Shown: positions 57,766 through 64,000 of the stretch, piece after piece
Position numbering within the stretch: the stretch's first letter is position 1
Layout of the letters: each line of letters begins with the position of its first letter
Made by a program: the position numbers and the translations under genes
DNA from: the human T2T-CHM13v2.0 reference genome, Homo sapiens
Length of the DNA stretch: 64,000 bases
Reading direction: 5' to 3' (one strand)
Assembly (NCBI RefSeq): GCF_009914755.1
Contig: NC_060938.1
Notes under the pieces: model-generated
What the model was told of the DNA's origin: nothing
What the model saw: only the letters and a program-made list of their open reading frames with translations
The model's database searches: none

Positions 57766-60554
57766 AACCATCCTGCGGGATCTCTAACAGCCTTGTCACA
57801 TCAGCTTTGTCCGATCCTCCTAGGAGAGGATGTACTCATCATTCCCTTAGCTCAGCCCAGTTGTACCCTTGAGATCTCCACATACTGCAACATCAAAGCT
57901 AATTTTTCCCCCTTCTTACCACATGACCAAACTAAAAGACACCTGCATGATTCCCCAGGTTTAAAGCAAAGAAACCCTTGGTCCCTGGGTGGAAAACTTG
58001 GAAAGGTACCATCAGTCAAGGCCAAGTAGCTTTTCTTACATGAGGAGCTGCACTGGCAGGTGAGCCCCGAGTTGGTGTGGAGGTTGGCACCTGGAGCTCT
58101 GGGTGGGATGTGCAGCCCATGTCCAGGGACTTAGAGACAGACAGGGCAGCTCCTGTGCTGCCAACTAGAAGGGAGGCCGCCAGCCACTGTGGCCGACATT
58201 CGGTCTTCAATAGAGCCACCTGGATGGTGGAAACAAGCCAACCACACCAGCTACCCGTGGGGGTAGGGAATGATCCCTCAGTGCCTTTTATCCCTTGGCA
58301 AGCCCCAAGATGCCTACTGGCCTGCTAGCCCGGAGATTTTATAATACCTGAAGAACTCCTGAGTGCTCAAGCAGAGGGAGGGAATAAAAGGTGAGGGCAG
58401 AATTCGATTTACCAGCTCCACAGGCCATTTCCCTCACCGGTTCTCAAGGATTAGGATGCTGAGAACAGTCAGCAACTGGGGGACTTCTACCCTTCCCTCC
58501 CCTTTGTTCACTGGGATGGGAAGGACAATAAAGCGGCAGGCTGGAGAGACTGAGGGGCTGGTTAGAGATTTCTCAGGCTGCTTTTTGAAACACTTGAAGG
58601 AGCCGGTCCATGCTATTGTTGTAGTAAAATAGAAAGCGGAACTATTCTCCTTTTGCAAAAAAAAAAAAAAAGGAAGAAAAAAAGTAAATGAAAGAACCCC
58701 CCTCCTCCCAGCATCTTCAGGAGGCCTCAACTCAGGCCATTAACATGGTAATACCATCCTGTTTGCATCTCCTTTGTCTGTCCAGCGTTTGTCTGGGATC
58801 CTGGCCTCTGGATGCTGGAAATACTTAGGCCCCAAAGGAGAGGGAGCTCACAGCCACCAGTTTCCTGAGGGTTTGGACTCTGAGATCCCAGGCAGAGAGA
58901 GAGTTGAGCCTCTCTGTGCAATGAAGTGGGAAATGTTGGGGTAGGAGGGGATCTCATGAATCCATTTTTCCTTTGGTCCCCAGAGTTCACCATGCAAGTC
59001 TCAGTGCCCACTAAGTGAAAAAGCTCAGCAGTTTGGCTAGCCTCTTAGAGTGATGCTCAAGTGTGCTGGGGCCTAGTGGAGAGGTAAGAGCAGGAGTTGG
59101 TTCTGGGAATCAGCTTTAATGGTGTGTGCCCACAGAAGCATCTGGCAGCAGAAAGGAAAGGGAGTTTACAGTGAGCTCCAGGTTGACCCACCTCTCCTCT
59201 GGTCATGTCCTTTGTTCCCTTAGCAAGCCCCGAATGTTGTGCCACCCAGAACACAGCTGGGACTCAAGGCCAAGAATAAAGATTCTGTCATTGAAAGCAG
59301 CTGGGCTGTGTTGCTGGCGCTGCAGGAGGCCTAGAGGAAAACCCAGGTCCCAGCTCTCCGGGAGCCCTCCTAGTTTTCAGGGGCTCATAGGCACAAACAC
59401 CTGCGGACTTGGTGAAACAGAACCTAAGGAAGGGGAGGTCCAGGGGAATGAAGGGTTGATCTAGCACAGCCTCCCCGTTACTCCTTTCCTCAGGGATCTG
59501 GGGAGGATTTGTAAAAGAAAAGCCAGGTTGTTTGGAACAGGACAGAAGATAGTGGCTTAGTTCCTCAGTAAGACAGAAGTGTGTTTTTTATATCATTTTT
59601 GCAAAATCAAAGTCAGGTATGACAGGTTTAATTTGGATCCTGGGGCTGTCGTCTATTAGTGTAGGTTTGAATGAGCGGGAGCTGGGGAGACCAGGGCACC
59701 CTGAGACAGGTCCGGAGAAGGTGCTGGAGATGAAATTAGTTTCCCATATCTCCAACCACTTGGCATAGGGTGGCAGAAGAAAACAGAAAACAAAGCAACA
59801 GCGATCTTTTTTAGAGCTGGAAAGCTATGTGCCTCATCTTTCTTGCTTTGCTTTTGCAATCAAGAACAGTTTGATCACCTTTTGAAATGTATCAGGACAG
59901 GCATTAATCTCTTCTGTTTGTTCCCTTGTCACAAACTTGCGTTAAGTTTTCCCACCCCATTTTTTTAGTCACTGAGCCAGCTGGATGATTTATTGACAAA
60001 AATGTCCCCCCAAATACCACCACTTGAGTTCATCAGATTTCAGTTTGAATCAGTAACCTATCAAAATGTTTTATGCTGCTGGACTCAAAGTGACCCAGAA
60101 GATTCTCAATTTATTTCCATCCAGGTACAGAGGTATCTGCATGGTAAATACCACCTCCGCACCTGGCACAGCCTGGCATTCTTGTAGGAGCCTGGGCAAA
60201 GAGCCCTGGAACTCAATGGAGCAAAGAGAGTGAACTCCTCTCCCAGAGGTCATGGAGAAGAAGGCAAAGCAGGCCTGTCACATTGTCCCCAGCCTGCCAG
60301 GTGCCACTGCAGCCTCGGAAAGTTTGTCTAGGCCAAGGCGCTCTCCTTTGCTGCTTCTGCCTGCCTCTTAGTGTGGGACCTCCCAGGGAGATGAGAAAGG
60401 AGAGGAAGGACTCGTATCTGTTCAGTTCTCTTCTCCCCTGTGCACATTCACTTTACATCCCCTCCCTCCATGACATCTTCTCACACAGGCTCTCTGCTTT
60501 GTTTACTTTTTTTTTCTGGCAATCAGCCTTGAAGAGAGATTTTACAATATTTGG

Positions 60555-61320
60555 AAATATTTTATAATATATGAAAAAAAATTTTAAATACAGAACAGTA
60601 CAGAAAATCATAAAAGAAAACAGGTGAATCTAACACCCCAAATAAATACTAAAATTTTGTCCCATTTGTTTCAGATTTTTTTTTTATTTACAGGAATGAA
60701 ACTTGACAAACTTTAGGACTCCTTTGTACCTATTCCTGGTCCATTCCCTCCTTATCCCACATTCCTCCACAAAAGTGGAAACTCTCCAGAGTTTGGTCTA
60801 CATCTTTCCTCTCCATTCTTAAAAACTTTTCTACATATATGTGAATCCACACATAGTATAATGATTGATTTTGAGTGCATTCTGAAATTTGCATAAATGA
60901 TTTATTGTACACGATTTCACAACTTGCTTTTGTTGCTTAACACTGTTTTTGTAATATAGCCATGTGATACACAGGTCACATGATACACAGGCCACGTGAT
61001 ACACAGGTCACATTCTTTCACCTTAGATATCCACATCCATTCAGTGTGTGAATGTACCACATGCTACCCACTCCCCTACTTATGGAAATTTTGATTATTT
61101 GTAACAATTTTATTACCTGTGCTTCTTGATGTTTAGGTATGAGAGTTTCACTAGGTATATATAAAAAATGGAATGGCTGGTCAGAGTGTCTACACGTTTC
61201 CATTTACTATATCTTCCCAAATTGCTCTCCAAAGACTTTTACCAATTTATACTCGTTCTGGAGATAGTAGACCAATTTCTCTGCAGCCTCGTATAATCGT
61301 TAAGTTTGTTGTCATCTTTC
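60555..61320 (-). mobile_element. Ancient L1ME-type 3' fragment
   Basis: cacaacttgcttttg...ccattcagtgtgtgaatgtaccac...gagagtttcactaggtatatat...cccaaattgctctccaaag...accaatttatactc. Confidence 0.65.
60961..61012. repeat. 16-bp unit x3 tandem repeat (tgatacacagg(t/c)cac(a/g))
   Basis: Copies at 60965, 60981 and 60997. Confidence 0.95.
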
Positions 61321-61353
61321 CATAGGCAGTCTTCTCATGCCTTCTTTAGGGAT

Positions 61354-61412
61354 GCACTGCACTCTAGCCTGAGTGACAGAGCAAAACCCCATCTCTCTCT
61401 ATCTTAAAAAAA
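61354..61412 (+). mobile_element. Short Alu 3' fragment
   Basis: cactgcactctagcctgagtgacagagcaaaaccccatctc followed by an A-rich tail. Confidence 0.75.
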
Positions 61413-61774
61413 TTCTTCATTTCCCTAAAGTTAACTATATAATAGTTCCCAGAAAGTGAGCTTTTAATCTCATCCATCACCCTGATTCTCACTTGAGGAA
61501 ACTGAGTTCCAGAAAGGTAAAGTAATGTTCACTGCCTCAAAATTGGGTTTGTAGCCATTTCTAAGCCCTCAGCCTGGGCTCCTAAGATTTTAGAAAATCC
61601 GAAGTGGGTTTGGGCCCTCTCATCTTCCATCAGGGAAGCCCCTGTGACAACTTACCTCTCAGGCTTCATGAGCCTCTGTTGAGATACTTCAGGCCTGTCC
61701 TGAAATTTGAATCTGGAAATTCTAAGCTAAAATGGATTGGTCATACTGATACAATAATCCTTCAACGAAGTCCC

Positions 61775-62260
61775 TGAGTGCAGTTAGATTATAAGTTTGG
61801 CCAGGTGTAACTATAACCTAAACTAACAGTGGTATACATGATAGAGATGTACTGCTTCCTCCTGTAGTGCCGAGGAGGAATGCAGTCCAGAGCTGGTTTG
61901 GCAGCTTAGCTCTACATGTCTATCGAAGAGCCCAGGCCATTGACTTTTTGCTCTGTCACACCTAGGATGTTGCCGTTACCATGGTCCAGAATGGTTCAGC
62001 ATCATGCCCTCCATCCCAGTAGCAGGATGTGCATGAGATAGAGAATGGTGGTGGGAGAGAAAGCATCCCCCATCCCTTAAGGACATTAACCAGAAGTTAT
62101 ACACATTATTTCTGTTTATATGATGTTGGCCAGTCTGTAAATATATGATCAGAAAGGCTAAAAATATAGTCATTAATCTGGGTGGCCATATACCCAGCTA
62201 AATTTCGGGATTTCTGTTATCATGAGAAAAGAAAATGAATATTCGGTGACACAGCCCTTT
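61775..62260 (-). mobile_element. MLT1J-like MaLR solo LTR
   Basis: gcagtccagagctggtttggcagct...ccagaagttatacac...ctgggtggccatatacccagctaaatttcggg are antisense MLT1J motifs. Confidence 0.7.
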
Positions 62261-62929
62261 CTGAAGAGCCCAGTTGCAGAGATTAGGTGCAATAGTACAG
62301 ACGTAAGGGCTGGGCTTGTTGCATAATAGAGTTATACTCTTAAAATGCAGCATAAATATTGTATGTATTGAAAAGTGCCATCAGGACCCTCTTTGGTTCC
62401 AGACTCTAAAGTAGAAGAGAAAGGGTATCACTTCACCAAGGATCAGCACCCAAAAATCTTGTTCTGCCCACCCAAAACAGAATCTCCTTCAGGAAGGAAC
62501 TTTAGTATGTGTTTTGCTTTTATGCAGTATCCAGGAAAGAAACTTCAATGAGAGCTACTATTGCTTATAGCACAAGGCAGGGCATGAACTTGGGTCCAAA
62601 GTCATAGACCAAACACTTTTTTTTTTCCAAAATGTTTTTTCCTACCTCCACTTTTAAAAAAAAAATGAAACAAAATATCAGTTGAAATAACATTATTGAG
62701 AAAAACTTTATTCCAAGGCCTGGACTATAGTTAGACTGGATTTACATTTCTCTTTTAGAACCTGGAAGCCACTTGGCTATCTTTGCAGAGTTAACAATTT
62801 GCATTTGCAAAAATGGCCAGGTAACAGTACCAAAATATGTTAAATCAATTCAGGTTGTTGATTTTCTTTGAAAGTCTCTTCCAAAGAACTTCATGTTCTT
62901 TCTGGAATATGATTTAAGCTGCATTTCAG

Positions 62930-63220
62930 TGAGTTCAGTTCAGCAAATATTTGTTGAGCATCTATTGTTCACAAAGCATGGTGCTCAGGGGTCAAGAGAT
63001 ATAAGGCTGAAAAAAAAAAAAAAAAGGTCCCTTCCTTTTAGTAGCCCAGAATCTAGTTAGGAGAGATGTAGTTAAATAAGTTTAATCAAAAGCCAACTGT
63101 GATACCTATTACCAAGGTTCAAACAGTGGAATATAGAAGGATAAAGGGAATAGACTTATTCCAAGTAGGATGACTGAGGTAGGTTCTTGAGAGTACGTGG
63201 GACTTGGACTGGATTTCAGC
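62930..63220 (-). mobile_element. L2 3' fragment
   Basis: ttcagttcagcaaatatttgttgagcatctattg...ggtcccttcc...agaatctagttaggagag. Confidence 0.65.
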
Positions 63221-64000
63221 TTGTGAATACTGACAAAAACCGCATTCCATTGTCTCTTGACAGAAGCCAATTTCTTTTGCTATTTGAGGATAGATTCAGG
63301 GACACTGGGGAATGCTGATTAGTTCCATCACTAATGCTGATTAGTAGTGAATGTTGAGTCATGCTGACTAATGTGTTCTAAATGGATTGACTCAACAATA
63401 AAGGCAACGTTGAGAGTCAAGAGTTCAGATCCTGAATTTCACCGATGAAGTGTAAATCATTTCGCCACTTAGTGCTTAATTTTTTTGTCAATTAAAATGT
63501 GCTCGTGGGTGAGAATCCAGTAAGTCATCTTGACCCATGAGGGCTTTACAAACTTCAAGGATAACAGACAGCTTAACAGCAACTACCAGGACAGGCTTAT
63601 GCAACCTCAGGTTATTCATAGCTCACACAGAGTCAGAACACCCATCACATGCTGCTCGCCAGCCATGCGAAACTTCTGTTTCCTCACACATGCCATGAGA
63701 ACTGACAAACAGTGCACTGAACTCACAAAACCCGACAAATAGAGGAGCTTTTGAAAAATCTTCCTATCTACCTACTGGGGTGTCTGTGTCTTTCTACAAC
63801 AAATGTCGCCACAGAACTAAGGGCTTGCATTGCAGACACAGCTCTTTCTCTCTTTTGACATCTCCCCAGCTAGACTGCTTGAGAACCTGGCCTTCCATGT
63901 CCAGATGTTTACTGAATTCTGAAGCCCTCCCAGAGAGCCCAGGTTCTTTTGTTGCTCTCCAAATCATTTCCCACAGAGGCTGACCAGTGTCCTGAAGGAG

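Overview
Primate (human-like) non-coding, repeat-rich genomic DNA, probably intronic or intergenic. It is AT-rich and CpG-depleted, with no CpG island, and I found no host protein-coding exon I can support. Main contents: a 5'-complete processed PPIA (cyclophilin A) pseudogene (8473-9235, minus); a 44-nt tailless U5 snRNA retrocopy with TSD (5065-5108, minus); a solo MER41B-type ERV1 LTR retaining tandem GAS/STAT1 sites (7222-7873); a complete MST-type MaLR LTR-int-LTR element (12286-15228); a full-length, disrupted L1PA4-6-type LINE-1 with an ORF0 remnant, inserted into an older L1MA and followed by an L1PA13-16 fragment (15350-24497); about 17 Alu/FLAM copies; ancient L1M/HAL1, L2, MIR, L3/CR1, MLT1, LTR33, MER5 and MARNA relics; and several tandem duplications. 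Almost all long ORFs in the track are repeat-derived or antisense shadows. I do not see a new multi-gene system. The most interesting signals are small-scale: the U5 copy ending exactly in loop 1, a template-switch inversion that frameshifts the PPIA copy, a 19-bp sequence apparently copied from 3 kb away into the MER41 LTR, the candidate IFN-gamma-responsive MER41 enhancer, a ~76-bp minisatellite at an L3/CR1 3' end, and an E-box array built by tandem duplication. Repeat subfamily names come from my recollection of consensus sequences and should be confirmed with RepeatMasker/Dfam; boundaries of ancient repeats are approximate.
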